Shown: positions 9,479-21,189, numbered from the stretch's first letter. The stretch is DNA of 64,000 nucleotides from a bacterium (GCA_963674595.2 CAXXFV010000029.1:184600-248599); one strand, 5' to 3'. Notes: generated from the letters alone by a model not told the origin. Made by a program: numbers and translations.

Positions 9479-10144
9479 ATGAAAAAATTATTTTTAATTC
9501 ATTTTGCGGCATACTTTCTAATAACCAATCTTTATGGACAACAAATAAAATATTATCATAAATTTAGAACATCGGATTCGCATATTATTTTACTAAATTG
9601 GTGTATAGAGCCAAATGAAAAAGGTGAAAAATATATAATAGAAACTGTCGATGATTCCTCACGTGTTATTGAATTACGTTTTATTAATAATGGTTCTTTA
9701 ATAGAATGTGATTGTTATAACAATCCAATTATTAAATTTAAATATGAGCCCAATAAAATAATTCAATTTAACTATTGTAATGATTCAACATTATCTGCAG
9801 GGATAGAATGTGGAGCACCCGCCAAAATTGAATATAAATTAAAAGATAATCTTATTATAGATTGTCGCGAGTTTCCCGACTATGATACATATTTAAATGG
9901 TAATTTTGAACTAGATGATGAATTTAGAAAACAACTTGAAAATGAGAAAGAATTAAATAAGGACGGCATAAAAAGTAATTATACATATATTGAAGGGTAT
10001 GTTTTCTCAAGGTCTAAATATAAAGGATTTTTACCTGTTAGTAGTCAATTTGAGGCAGGTGATTTTTATTTACCTTATTCAGACAATGCACTCGACAGTG
10101 AATTTTCTATAAAATTTAGCAAGTTATTACATCAAAAAAATTAA
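9479..10144 (+). CDS. Hypothetical secreted protein
   Basis: Long AT-rich ORF with signal peptide MKKLFLIHF... Confidence 0.65.
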   Translation: MKKLFLIHFAAYFLITNLYGQQIKYYHKFRTSDSHIILLNWCIEPNEKGEKYIIETVDDSSRVIELRFINNGSLIECDCYNNPIIKFKYEPNKIIQFNYCNDSTLSAGIECGAPAKIEYKLKDNLIIDCREFPDYDTYLNGNFELDDEFRKQLENEKELNKDGIKSNYTYIEGYVFSRSKYKGFLPVSSQFEAGDFYLPYSDNALDSEFSIKFSKLLHQKN

Positions 10145-10255
10145 GAATAAAATAAATTCATATCAAGATATCTTGTTATTAATTCTATTTACCGGGGGCT
10201 GCAATCCCTCAACAAGCAAAACCAGGGAACTTTTTACCGGATAAACACGTAAACA

Positions 10256-10284
10256 TTGACAAAAAATATCATTCTCCCTAAAAT
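10256..10284 (+). promoter_or_regulatory. Sigma70 promoter
   Basis: TTGACA-N17-TAAAAT. Confidence 0.6.
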
Positions 10285-10405
10285 TCATAAGGATAAAAGG
10301 AACAGGGTATCAACCCGGAAAGAAATTTGGGTTTCCGGGCACGGCAGCCTCCGAACAAGCGGATAATATCAGAAAAAGTTATTCTCTAAATTACATGGAG
10401 TTCAA

Positions 10406-11008
10406 TTGAAAACAGCCAAGATCGACAATCAAAGGAAAAAAATTTTAAATAATTTTATCATTAATACCTTACTACTGCTTGCCGGAATTCTTGTGATTAT
10501 TTCCGGATTGAGCCTGCAAATCGGCTATCATATGGGAGGGCACGAAAAACATGATCGTGACAATTTTACAGCACAAGATCATACTAAAAATACCGGATAT
10601 GAAAATCAGGTATCCTATGAGCAAACAAGGGGAATTGATACGGCAAAAAGAGTACTGGCTCTTGACTATCACGATTGGTCGGCCCTTCACAAATATACCA
10701 TTATCTCTTTTTCACTGTTTATGATATTTCACATAACAGTTCACTGGAAATGGTATAAAGCAATACTATCCAAAAAGTTGTTAGGTAAAAACAAACAAAT
10801 GACGATATTAACGGCGTTATTTCTTTTGGTATCTTTAACCGGTTTAATTCCCTGGTTCATTGATTTGGCAGGGAGCACCGCCGAGATGCAATTGTTGCTT
10901 ATCGAACTGCACGATAAACTTGCCCTGTTGTTTATAATTTTTATCGTCCTGCATTTAACAAAAAGGACCGGGTGGTATACATTGGCATTAAAAAAATTGT
11001 ATCAATGA
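10406..11008 (+). CDS. DUF4405 (cytochrome b-like) membrane protein
   Basis: Two repeats of 'SG/TG....W..LH.........H' TM pattern; 'HITVHWKWY'. Confidence 0.75.
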   Translation: MKTAKIDNQRKKILNNFIINTLLLLAGILVIISGLSLQIGYHMGGHEKHDRDNFTAQDHTKNTGYENQVSYEQTRGIDTAKRVLALDYHDWSALHKYTIISFSLFMIFHITVHWKWYKAILSKKLLGKNKQMTILTALFLLVSLTGLIPWFIDLAGSTAEMQLLLIELHDKLALLFIIFIVLHLTKRTGWYTLALKKLYQ

Positions 11009-11222
11009 CATCGATAAAAAGTCCGGCATGTAATCAAGCCTGACGCTGCCCGCACAGTAACTGGAACCCCTCCCTGGACGGGCAAGTGTATCTCTGCTTC
11101 TCACCTTAAAAAAACTCATAAAATCAATAATAGTAATTGATATAATTAACAGTTCTGTGTATTTTAAGAATAAAACAATTCAACATTGTTATCATTCGTT
11201 CCACCGGAAAGGAGATCACAGA

Positions 11223-12083
11223 ATGTTAATAAATAATAATTTTACACGCCGTACGTTTTTTCAGCTAAGCGCAACAGCCCTGTCGGGAATGTGTTTCGCA
11301 GGTGTTAATTGCTGTAAAAAAGAGACCGCCAAAACAACTATTCCAATCGGTATGCAGCTCTATTGTGTGCGCCATGAATGCCAGGAAGACCTGCCCGGCA
11401 CCATTGCTAAAGTAGCCCAAATGGGTTACCAGGGCGTTGAATTTGCCGATTATTTTGGATATTCCGCACCGGAACTGCGAAAAATGCTGGATGATAACAA
11501 TCTGCAATGCTGTGGAACGCATATTCTTATCGAGACGTTGCAGGGCGATGAGCTGGAAAAGACCATCGAATTTAATAAAATACTCGGCAACAAGTATCTC
11601 ATTGTTCGTTCACTGGATCATAATGTCTATAACTCAAAAGAAAAATGGATTGAGGTATCCGGAATTTTCAACACTATTGCAGAAAAAGTAAAACCGCACG
11701 GTATGAAAGTGGGCTATCACAATCACGGTTACGAGTATAACGCCATTGACGGAGAAATTCCCTGGGATATTTTTGCGGACAATACCAGTAAGGACGTTAT
11801 CATGCAGTTGGATACCGGCAACTGCTCCAATGCAGGCGCTGACGCGCTGCATTACCTGAAACGAAATCCGGGCCGGACAGCCACCTGCCATTTAAAACCC
11901 TATTCCACAACCCATGAAAATGCCATTATCGGCGAAGACGAACTGGACTGGAAAGAGATTATAAAAACCTGTGAAACGACAGCCGGTGTCGAATGGTATA
12001 TTATTGAATATGAGAAAAAAGGTATAGAGCCGCTGCAAGCCATGAAAATGAATCTTGAAAATTTTAAGAAACTGCTGGGCTGA
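11223..12083 (+). CDS. Tat-exported sugar phosphate isomerase/epimerase (xylose-isomerase-like TIM barrel)
   Basis: TRRTFF Tat motif; 'GMQLYCVR', 'GYHNH', 'QLDTGN', 'HLK', 'IIEYE'. Confidence 0.88.
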   Translation: MLINNNFTRRTFFQLSATALSGMCFAGVNCCKKETAKTTIPIGMQLYCVRHECQEDLPGTIAKVAQMGYQGVEFADYFGYSAPELRKMLDDNNLQCCGTHILIETLQGDELEKTIEFNKILGNKYLIVRSLDHNVYNSKEKWIEVSGIFNTIAEKVKPHGMKVGYHNHGYEYNAIDGEIPWDIFADNTSKDVIMQLDTGNCSNAGADALHYLKRNPGRTATCHLKPYSTTHENAIIGEDELDWKEIIKTCETTAGVEWYIIEYEKKGIEPLQAMKMNLENFKKLLG

Positions 12084-12171
12084 TAATCGGATATTCCCTG
12101 TTTGCACCGGGATACCTTTCCGGTGCAAATGGACCCTGCTTTTTCACATGGTATAAATCCAGGAGCGAAAA

Positions 12172-13704
12172 TTGAAAAAAATTTTAATAACGGTCGTATT
12201 GTCCCTGTTTGTTTATCTGTCATGTCAAAACCTTAAACCTTATAAAGGCAATAATGTTGTCTTTATTTCGGAAAAAGACACGGCAAAAGACATTATTCAC
12301 AAAGCAGCAAACGTAACACCGGCGCCAAGACAGGTGGCGTGGCAGGAAATGGAATTTACCGCGTTTATTCACTTTACGGTAAATACGTTTACCGACGAAG
12401 AGTGGGGCCACGGTGACGAAGATCCGCAAATTTTTAATCCCACGGAACTGGATGCCCGGCAATGGGCACAGGTGTGTAAACAAGCCGGTATGAAAATGAT
12501 CATTTTAACCGCCAAACATCATGACGGATTTTGTTTATGGCCGAGTAAGTTTACCGAGCATTCCGTTAAAAACAGTCCATGGAAAAATGGTCAGGGCGAT
12601 GTGGTCCGCGATGTTGCAGATGCCTGTAAAGAGTTTGGACTAAAATTCGGCGTTTACCTGTCTCCCTGGGACCGTCATGAGCCGACTTATGGCGATTCAC
12701 CCAGGTATAATGAATATTTTAGAAACCAGCTCACCGAATTGCTGACAAATTATGGCCGGGTGGATGAAGTGTGGTTTGACGGCGCTTGCGGTGAAGGTCC
12801 GAACGGGAAACGGCAGGTCTATGATTTTCAAAGCTATTACAGCCTGATTCGAAAATTGCAGCCGCAGGCCGTTATTGCTATTGCCGGTCCGGATGTGCGC
12901 TGGGTGGGAACAGAAGCCGGTTACGGCCGGACAACAGAGTGGAGCGTTTTACCGGCGCAGTTAAGAAACCCTGATAAAGTTGCAGCAGAATCACAGCAGA
13001 ATGTTAATTTTAAACCCATGGGAAATTCTAAAGATGCCGACCTTGGCAGCCGTGACAAAATCATGGACGCCAAAACACTGATCTGGTTTCCCAGCGAGGT
13101 GGATGTGTCGATCCGGCCGGGATGGTTTTATCACGCTGCTGAGGACAGCCTGGTCAAGTCACCGGAAAAACTGGTGGATATTTATTTCAGTTCAGTGGGC
13201 AGAAATTCTTTGCTGCTGCTGAACATCCCCCCGGACCGCCGCGGTCTGATTAATGAAAACGACGTTAAAAGTTTACAGGGTATGCGTAAAATTCTGGATA
13301 TGACTTTTGCAGAAAACCTGGCCGCAGGAGCGAAAGTATCAGCAAGTTCAGTTTTAAAAGGCCACCAGCCAAACAAAACCATTGACGAAAACTATGACAC
13401 CTATTGGCAGGCGGCTGAAAATGAATCCAGCGCCGCGCTTGAATTTGATCTGGGCAGTGAAAAAGTTTTTGACCGCTTGATGCTGCAGGAACAGATCCGT
13501 GCAGGACAGCGCATTGAAAAATTTTCTCTTCAGGCGCAGATCGATCAGCAATGGCAGACAGTAGCCGGGGGCACAACCGTGGGTTATAAAAGACTGCTGC
13601 GGTTTCCGGCCGTCAAATCCGCCAAAGTGCGGCTGGTTATTGAAGAATCACGCACCACACCGACTATAGCCGAATTCGGTTTGTTTAAAGGGCCGCAAGA
13701 GTAA
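12172..13704 (+). CDS. Alpha-L-fucosidase (GH29) with F5/8 type C domain, lipoprotein
   Basis: 'AFIHF', 'TAKHHDGFCLWPS', 'YLSPWD', 'EVWFDGA', 'SIRPGWFYH', 'LLNIPPD'. Confidence 0.95.
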   Translation: MKKILITVVLSLFVYLSCQNLKPYKGNNVVFISEKDTAKDIIHKAANVTPAPRQVAWQEMEFTAFIHFTVNTFTDEEWGHGDEDPQIFNPTELDARQWAQVCKQAGMKMIILTAKHHDGFCLWPSKFTEHSVKNSPWKNGQGDVVRDVADACKEFGLKFGVYLSPWDRHEPTYGDSPRYNEYFRNQLTELLTNYGRVDEVWFDGACGEGPNGKRQVYDFQSYYSLIRKLQPQAVIAIAGPDVRWVGTEAGYGRTTEWSVLPAQLRNPDKVAAESQQNVNFKPMGNSKDADLGSRDKIMDAKTLIWFPSEVDVSIRPGWFYHAAEDSLVKSPEKLVDIYFSSVGRNSLLLLNIPPDRRGLINENDVKSLQGMRKILDMTFAENLAAGAKVSASSVLKGHQPNKTIDENYDTYWQAAENESSAALEFDLGSEKVFDRLMLQEQIRAGQRIEKFSLQAQIDQQWQTVAGGTTVGYKRLLRFPAVKSAKVRLVIEESRTTPTIAEFGLFKGPQE

Positions 13705-13922
13705 ACATTGAAAACCAGGTGCTGTTTTTATAAGCAGCATACCGGGGGATTGTTTTCATATCTAAAAAATCAGATCAGCCGATTTTTTTCTGCCTTGTCT
13801 GATTTTATTTTTTGACCTGCCTTATATTTTTTGTATTTTATACAATCATCTGATGTATTACTTTGCCCGCAAAAAGAGCAATCAACTCTACCCAAAATAT
13901 AAAAAGTGAGATTAATCTTCCT

Positions 13923-15059
13923 ATGAAATTTGATTTTGACAAGATTATAGACCGAAGGGGTACCAACAGCCTTAAATGGGAGGTTTACAAAAACCGGGAC
14001 ATTTTGCCCTTATGGGTGGCGGACATGGATTTTGAATCACCGCCCGCCGTCATGTCGGCGCTAAAAGAACGTATTGAGCACGGTGTTTTCGGCTATACGC
14101 TGGCCCCGATGCAATTAACGGAAACAGTTGTCGAGAGAATGGAAAATTTATACCAGTGGCGCATCCAGCCTGAATGGATTATCTGGCTGCCCGGATTGGT
14201 TACGGGCATCAATGTTGCCTGCCGGACCGTGGGCAATAAAGGCGACGGTGTTGTCACCAACGTGCCTGTTTATCCGCCGTTTCTGTCCGCACCGGTATTT
14301 GCAGACAAACAACTGATCACGTTTCCCGTGCAAAAAAACAATCAAAAATGGGAATTTGATTTTTCAGCATTTGAAAAGGCTGTAACAAAAGGAGCAAAAC
14401 TTTTCCTGCTTTGCAGCCCGCACAATCCCCTGGGACGTATTTTTTCACATGACGAATTGCATCAAATTTGTTCTATCTGTGATAAACATGATGTTATTAT
14501 CTGTTCCGATGAGATTCACTGTGAACTGCTGCTGGACGAACATAAAAAACACATTCCCACAGCCGCTTTGAATCCCAATATCTCCCAACGGACCATCACA
14601 CTCATGGCGCCTAGTAAAACCTTTAATATTCCGGGAATGGGGCTCTCTTTTGCCATTATCGAAAACCCGGAACTGCGGAAAAAGTTTGAACAGGCCATGG
14701 CCGGTATTGTACCGCATGTTAATGCGTTGGGCTACACCGCAGCGCTGGCCGCCTATTTACACGGAAAAGAGTGGAAAAAATCTTTATTGAATTATTTGCA
14801 GGGAAATCACGATCTTGTGCTGCAAAGGATAAACCAAATGCCCGGACTGGATACCACACCGGTTGAGGCCACCTATCTTTCATGGATCGACGCCCGGGAA
14901 ACCGGCATTGAAAATCCCCATACCTTTTTCGAACAAGCAGGTGTGGGCCTTTCCAACGGCAAAGAGTTCGGCGCTGAAGGATTTGTACGCCTTAATTTCG
15001 GCTGTTCCCGGCACACACTTTTACAGGCCCTTGAACGTATGGAAAAGGCGTTAACCTGA
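13923..15059 (+). CDS. patB: PatB/MalY-family PLP-dependent C-S lyase (cystathionine beta-lyase)
   Basis: 'PLWVADMDF', 'HGVFGY', 'CSPHNP', 'SDEIH', 'APSKTFN', 'RLNFG'. Confidence 0.93.
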   Translation: MKFDFDKIIDRRGTNSLKWEVYKNRDILPLWVADMDFESPPAVMSALKERIEHGVFGYTLAPMQLTETVVERMENLYQWRIQPEWIIWLPGLVTGINVACRTVGNKGDGVVTNVPVYPPFLSAPVFADKQLITFPVQKNNQKWEFDFSAFEKAVTKGAKLFLLCSPHNPLGRIFSHDELHQICSICDKHDVIICSDEIHCELLLDEHKKHIPTAALNPNISQRTITLMAPSKTFNIPGMGLSFAIIENPELRKKFEQAMAGIVPHVNALGYTAALAAYLHGKEWKKSLLNYLQGNHDLVLQRINQMPGLDTTPVEATYLSWIDARETGIENPHTFFEQAGVGLSNGKEFGAEGFVRLNFGCSRHTLLQALERMEKALT

Positions 15060-15208
15060 TTTTTAAAAACAGTTAATCAACATGAAACACGATTCTTGTC
15101 GTTACCAAAATGTTATTTCTACACACTTTAACAGAACCGGTAAAATATAAAATCCATATCAGGTACTTTTATTGAACGCAAAAAGTGTATTGTAATACGA
15201 ATAATAAA

Positions 15209-15745
15209 ATGGAAATTGCAAAACGAACAAAAAGCAATATGAATAGTTTATTCCGTCTTGTAAAAATCGAGCTGATACAGACGATCGGCATATCGACAAT
15301 GCTGACCGGGTCTCAACAAAAAAATTTTACCATCATTTCAGGACTGTGGAAACAGTTTAATGCTGAAATCCATAAAATAAAAAACAGGGGTTTAACTAAA
15401 GACAATTGGGAAAAATTTGGGATAACCTATACACAACATCACGAATATTTTTATGCAGCAACCATACAATACACGCCTGATATGATTCCCCCCAAATCAA
15501 TGATACGTAAAGACATTGTTCAGGGACAATATGCGTGTTTTGTCCATACCGGAAACTTTAACAAAATAAAATCAACGATTTATAACATTTATAAAAATAT
15601 TTTACCGGAAAACAACCTGATACCGGATAAAACAAAACTGATTTATTTTGAAAAATACGACAACAGATTTCATTGGAACAAACCAGGCTCTGTGATTGAG
15701 ATATTTGTACCCATAAAAACCGGTATCTCCTCTTCCCTGTCGTAA
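15209..15745 (+). CDS. GyrI-like small-molecule-binding domain protein
   Basis: 'I.GLW..F', 'GQYACFVHTG', 'FEKYD.RF', 'IEIFVPI'; start uncertain, may be a truncated AraC-GyrI regulator. Confidence 0.8.
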   Translation: MEIAKRTKSNMNSLFRLVKIELIQTIGISTMLTGSQQKNFTIISGLWKQFNAEIHKIKNRGLTKDNWEKFGITYTQHHEYFYAATIQYTPDMIPPKSMIRKDIVQGQYACFVHTGNFNKIKSTIYNIYKNILPENNLIPDKTKLIYFEKYDNRFHWNKPGSVIEIFVPIKTGISSSLS

Positions 15746-15771
15746 GAACCTCATCAGATAAGGAGCGAACA

Positions 15772-17171
15772 TTGAAAAACACATCCTATAACATGAAATA
15801 TATCTGGCAGATCAGTCTCGTCGCCGCTATGGGCGGTTTGCTGTTTGGTTACGACTGGGTTGTTATCGGCGGCGCCAAACCTTTTTACGAAAAATTCTTC
15901 AACTTAACAACGCCCTTTCAAATCGGCTGGGCCATGAGCAGCGCCCTGGCCGGTTGTTTGCTCGGTGCGGTGACCGCCGGAGGCCTGAGTGACAAATTCG
16001 GACGGAAAAAACTTTTAATCTCGGCAGGATTTCTGTTTCCCTGTCTGCCGTCGGAACGGCCCTGACACAGACTTATAATTTATTCATCATCTACCGGCTC
16101 ATCGGCGGAGTCGGAATCGGCATTGCCTCCACCCTCTCCCCCATGTATATTGCCGAAATTTCTCCGGCACAAATCAGGGGACGGTTTGTTTCCATTAATC
16201 AACTGACGATTGTTATCGGTATTTTGGCGGCACAGATCATAAACTGGCTGATTGCCGACCCGGTCCCTGAAAACGCATCGGCGGCGTTCATCCTCAGTTC
16301 CTGGAACGGACAATTTGGCTGGCGCTGGATGTTTGGCGCTGAAACGGTTCCGGCAATGTTATTTTTTATACTCATGTTCTTTATCCCCGAAAGTCCGCGC
16401 TGGCTGGTCAAAAACGCCAAAAATGACAACGCGGCACACATCCTGACCAAAATAGGCGGGCCATCCTATGCCGACCATTCTCTGGCTGATATTAATGAAA
16501 CACTGACCCGGGAAACTCATAAAGTCGATCTTAAAAACCTGTTCAAACCCGGCATGACAAAAATTCTGGGTATCGGTATCTTTTTGGCCGTGTTTCAGCA
16601 GTGGTGCGGTATCAATGTCATTTTCAATTACGCTGAAGAGATATTTTCACAGGCCGGTTACGGTGTCAGCGATATTCTGCTAAATATTGTCATTACCGGG
16701 GCCGTGAATTTGATTTTTACCTTTGTCGCAATTTTTACCGTGGACCGCTGGGGCCGACGCGCCCTGATGCTGACCGGTTCTGTGGGTTTGGCTGTAATTT
16801 ATCTGTTAATCGGATTTGGTTATTTTCTCGGCAGTCAGGGTATTCACATGCTGATACTGGTAGTAACGGCTATTGCCTGTTATGCCATGTCGCTGGCACC
16901 CATTACCTGGGTGATTATTTCTGAAATTTTCCCGAACCGGATCAGGGGAGCGGCCATGTCCATCGCCGTTTCAGCCCTGTGGATTGCCTGTTTTATTTTA
17001 ACAAGCACGTTTCCCTTTTTAAATAAAACCCTTGGCGCTTCCGGCACTTTCTGGATATATGCGGTGATTTGTGTGATCGGATTTGTGTTTATCAAAACAC
17101 AATTACCGGAAACAAAAGGCAAAACACTGGAACAGATAGAACACGAATTGGTCAAACAGAATAATCAATAA
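15772..17171 (+). CDS. Sugar porter MFS transporter (XylE-like), single frameshift near 16039
   Basis: 'GGLLFGYD', 'DKFGRK', 'YIAEISP..IRG', 'PESPRWL', 'QQWCGIN', 'PETKG'; adding one base near 16039 joins the two ORFs. Confidence 0.9.
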
Positions 17172-17317
17172 TACTCAAATAATTTCATGACAAAGGTGTC
17201 ATTTAAAAAGTAAATAATTATGTAATTTTTTACAAGAAATGATTATAATATACGCATCAACTTTTTAGTATTATTTTTGGAATCTCAAATACGCAAAACA
17301 ATACAAGAGAGAACACC

Positions 17318-19195
17318 ATGAAAAGCTTTATTAAATCTTTTACACTCGTACTTATTCTACTGACAAGCAGCATAGCACAAGAAAATAAAACCAACCTGCC
17401 GGACCATCCCAGAATCATGTGGCAGGCAGATCAGGAAGCGGTGATTAAACAAAAATTATCCCAAAACAAAACGCTGAATGGTTTGCATAATATAATCATG
17501 GAACAAGCCGACAATTTAATTGCCACAGATGAGGTCGAACGGATAAAAACCGGGCGTAGATTGCTGGCTGTTTCGCGGAAATGTTTAAAGCGTGTTATAA
17601 CACTTTCCTATGCCTACAGAATGACGCAGGATGAAAAATATCTTAAAAAAGCAGAGGCAGAAATGCTGGCAGCGTCCGCTTTTTCAGATTGGAATCCATC
17701 CCATTTTCTGGATGTGGCGGAAATGACCATGGCCCTGGCTATTGGTTATGACTGGCTTTATAACAATCTCAGTGAACAATCTCGTAACACTATTAAAAAA
17801 GCTATTTTAAACAAGGGCCTGCTGCCGTCATTAAGCGGTAATGAAGAATATGTCTGGTGGCTGGATATTTCGCACAACTGGAACCAGGTCTGTAATGCCG
17901 GTATGGTTTATGGCGCTTTGGCGATTTATGAAGACGAACCGGAAACAGCAAACCGGATTATTGATCGGGCAAAACAAACAATAGGCCTGGCGCAGGAAGA
18001 GTATGAACCGGATGGCGCCTATCCGGAAGGGCCCACCTATTGGAGCTATGGCACGACATTCAACCTGATGCTGATCGATGCGTATTATTCTCTCTGGCCC
18101 GATAAAAACGACCTGGTTATAGGAGACGGGTTCTTAAAAACAGGTGAATATGTTTTGCATGCTCACGGTCCGGTTGGAAGTTATAATTATTCAGACGGCG
18201 GGATCTATCACAATTTTTTACCAGCCATGTTCTGGTTTTCTGCCCGGACACATGATCCTGAGATTTTATGGAACCAAAAATTACCTATAGAAAAAATATT
18301 TAATGATGAGGGAAGTCAGGTATTAAGACAAAGTTTAAGATTTTTACCACTAGCTGTTTTGTGGGCTAGCCGGGTGGAAACGTTTCAATTTACACTGCCA
18401 ACATCAACATCATGGGTGGGACACGGTTCTAATCCGGTTGGTTTTCACCGGACATCCTGGGATGATGACGCATTATTTATCGGTATAAAAGGCGGCGCGC
18501 CGGTTAATAATCACGGTCACATGGATGTAGGTTCGTTTATTATGGACGCTCAGGGTGTGCGCTGGGTAAAGGACCTGGGCGCGCATGGTTATCACAAGCT
18601 GGAAGCTCAGGGCATTGACCTGTGGAATAAAGCACAAGACAGCCAACGCTGGCAAATTTTTCGTTACAACAATTCATCTCACTCAACGCTGGTCGTTAAT
18701 GGAAAAGATCAAAAGGTTGAAGCAAAGGGTGATATAGTCAAACATTCCGGGGAAAATATGGATTTTAAATATACCATCGTCGACATGACGCCGGTTTACG
18801 AAGGTCAACTGGCCCGGGCAACTCGCGGTATTGCGCTTGTGGATTCGAAATATGTTATGGTCCGTGATGAAATTGCCAATGTGGATTCCTCAGGTCAGGT
18901 CAGATGGGCCATAACAACATTTGATAGTGTTGAAATAACAGATAATCGTACGGCGGTTATTCGCCGGGACGGCAAATCGATGACGGTACGGATCGTCCAG
19001 CCGGAAAACGCAAAAATAGAAACCTTTTCAACCGATCCGCAAAATGATTTTGAGGACAAAAATCCGGGCACCATTATGGTCGGATTTAAAACAGATTTGG
19101 CGCCCAATGAAAAAACAAATCTGATTGTTCAGCTCTGTCCGCAAGGGGCTGGTTTAAAAGATCAGGTTAGTTTGAAAAAACTGGCAGAATGGTAA
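17318..19195 (+). CDS. Heparinase II/III-like polysaccharide lyase
   Basis: 'HPR', 'WNPSHFLDVAEM', 'NWNQVC', 'YPEGPTYW.YG', 'HGHMD.GSF'. Confidence 0.9.
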   Translation: MKSFIKSFTLVLILLTSSIAQENKTNLPDHPRIMWQADQEAVIKQKLSQNKTLNGLHNIIMEQADNLIATDEVERIKTGRRLLAVSRKCLKRVITLSYAYRMTQDEKYLKKAEAEMLAASAFSDWNPSHFLDVAEMTMALAIGYDWLYNNLSEQSRNTIKKAILNKGLLPSLSGNEEYVWWLDISHNWNQVCNAGMVYGALAIYEDEPETANRIIDRAKQTIGLAQEEYEPDGAYPEGPTYWSYGTTFNLMLIDAYYSLWPDKNDLVIGDGFLKTGEYVLHAHGPVGSYNYSDGGIYHNFLPAMFWFSARTHDPEILWNQKLPIEKIFNDEGSQVLRQSLRFLPLAVLWASRVETFQFTLPTSTSWVGHGSNPVGFHRTSWDDDALFIGIKGGAPVNNHGHMDVGSFIMDAQGVRWVKDLGAHGYHKLEAQGIDLWNKAQDSQRWQIFRYNNSSHSTLVVNGKDQKVEAKGDIVKHSGENMDFKYTIVDMTPVYEGQLARATRGIALVDSKYVMVRDEIANVDSSGQVRWAITTFDSVEITDNRTAVIRRDGKSMTVRIVQPENAKIETFSTDPQNDFEDKNPGTIMVGFKTDLAPNEKTNLIVQLCPQGAGLKDQVSLKKLAEW

Positions 19196-19267
19196 AGCAG
19201 GATTTTTTAACAATTTCTGTGTCACAATTATCAATAGTTCGGATAGAACCAGATACCAGGTAAAGAA

Positions 19268-21073
19268 ATGAAAAAAAATTTCAACATTAAAATAATTTTA
19301 TTTTCTCTGATCTTTTTGTTTTCATATTCTTTAAAGGCAAACGACATGATGAAACCTATATGCACCAGCAAAATCAACGTCGGCGGAGAAATCGGCCGAC
19401 GCATCAATATAACCATCAATAATAATTTACTGGCCGCAGATATCGATAACGATTTCCTCAAACCCTTTCAGCAAAAAAAGGACGATGACGGCTATGTCGG
19501 TCTGGGTAAAACCATTGATGCGGCTGTTAGACTGGCGATTTATTCCGGCGATGATAACGTAATCAAACTCAAACAACATTTGGTTGACGAAACCATCAAA
19601 GCGCAGTTAAACGATGGTTATCCGGGCAAATTAAAATCAGATAACCGTATGTGGGTGTTTTGGGATATCCACGAAATGTCCTATATCATTTACGGACTGG
19701 TAAGTGACTATATCTTTTTCAATGAAAAAAAATCTTTGCAGGCCGCCCAAGAAGCAGCGGATTATATTATAAACCATTGGTCCGACATGCCAAAAAACTG
19801 GCCGGAAAATACACAAAGAATTATGCCGACAACCGGTATTGATCGTGCTTTTTTGGCCCTTTCAAAAGCTACCGGTAACAACCGTTATCAGGATTTTCTC
19901 ATCAATCAACTGGATTTAACGGATTGGGACCTGGACATTGTTGAAGGAAGAAGCAAAGGTTTTAAAGGTCATGCCTATGTATTCATGGCAGTTGCCCTGG
20001 CCCAGGCGGAATTGTATCGTGAACTGGCTGACGAAAAACTATTGTCCCAGGCAAATAAAGTGATTGATTTTATCACCAAACAGGACGGCTTGTTGATCAA
20101 CGGTGCGGTCGGTTATCAGGAATGCTGGCACAGCAGCCAGATCGGTTTTTTCAAACTGGGCGAGACCTGCGCCACGGCCTATCTCATTCGCACGCTGGAC
20201 AACCTGCTCAGGCTGAACGGGAACTCTCTATACGGCGATTTGATGGAACGAAGCATTTACAACGCGCTTTTTGCCGCCCAGTCACCGGACGGCGGTAAAC
20301 TGCGTTATTATGTTCCTTTTGAAGGAGAACGCATATACTTTGATCTTGATACCTACTGCTGCCCCTGTAATTTCCGCCGGATTATTGCCGAACTGCCGGG
20401 CATGGTTTATTATCAATCAGAAGGCGGTGTTGCGGTGAATTTGTATACGGAATCCCGGGCGGACTTTAATCTGGGCAATAATATTAACCTGAACATTAAA
20501 CAGGAAACCGATTATCCGAATTCGGGCGAATCAGTTTTTACGTTAACGCTGAACAAATCCGTACAATTTCCGTTAAAATTCCGTATTCCCCGCTGGTGTG
20601 ATCAGGGAGCCCAGTTGACAGTTAATAATGAACCTGTTTTGAAAAACATCACGTCCGGCTCGTTTTTTACGGTTGACAGAATTTGGAATTCCGGCGATAT
20701 AATTAAACTGGAACTGCCCATGACCTGGCGCATTGTCAACGGACGAAAAGCACAATCCGGCAAAGCAGCGGTTATGCGGGGTCCGGTTTTGTTTACGCTG
20801 AACCCGGCGTTAAATAAAAACATAAGCCCTGAAAATATACGCCTGCTGCGTATCGATCCGGAATCGGTAACCGGACCGTTCAGCGATTCAACCCTGCGGC
20901 CAAATGGGATGGCCTGTCGTGTAAAAGCATGGGATCCGAACGAATATTCAAGCACACCGAACCTGGAACTTTTGCTGACCGAGTTCCCGGACCCGGACGG
21001 CCTTTCTTCTTACTTTATACTGCCCGACCCAAAGTCGAAGGTGCTTGTTGACGACGAGCTTTTAGTTAAATGA
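19268..21073 (+). CDS. GH127 beta-L-arabinofuranosidase-like glycosidase
   Basis: 'GHAY', 'ETCAT', 'MERSIYN', 'CCPCN', 'TDYP.SG', 'RIPRW', 'RGPV'. Confidence 0.9.
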   Translation: MKKNFNIKIILFSLIFLFSYSLKANDMMKPICTSKINVGGEIGRRINITINNNLLAADIDNDFLKPFQQKKDDDGYVGLGKTIDAAVRLAIYSGDDNVIKLKQHLVDETIKAQLNDGYPGKLKSDNRMWVFWDIHEMSYIIYGLVSDYIFFNEKKSLQAAQEAADYIINHWSDMPKNWPENTQRIMPTTGIDRAFLALSKATGNNRYQDFLINQLDLTDWDLDIVEGRSKGFKGHAYVFMAVALAQAELYRELADEKLLSQANKVIDFITKQDGLLINGAVGYQECWHSSQIGFFKLGETCATAYLIRTLDNLLRLNGNSLYGDLMERSIYNALFAAQSPDGGKLRYYVPFEGERIYFDLDTYCCPCNFRRIIAELPGMVYYQSEGGVAVNLYTESRADFNLGNNINLNIKQETDYPNSGESVFTLTLNKSVQFPLKFRIPRWCDQGAQLTVNNEPVLKNITSGSFFTVDRIWNSGDIIKLELPMTWRIVNGRKAQSGKAAVMRGPVLFTLNPALNKNISPENIRLLRIDPESVTGPFSDSTLRPNGMACRVKAWDPNEYSSTPNLELLLTEFPDPDGLSSYFILPDPKSKVLVDDELLVK

Positions 21074-21189
21074 TTAATTGGGGTGAGTTGAAAAAATATC
21101 CATCAAACTGAAACACATTCAATAATCATCCGTAATAACAACAGACATTTCAAATCATAATCCACATATTCATTCGAAAAGGTCTGCTT

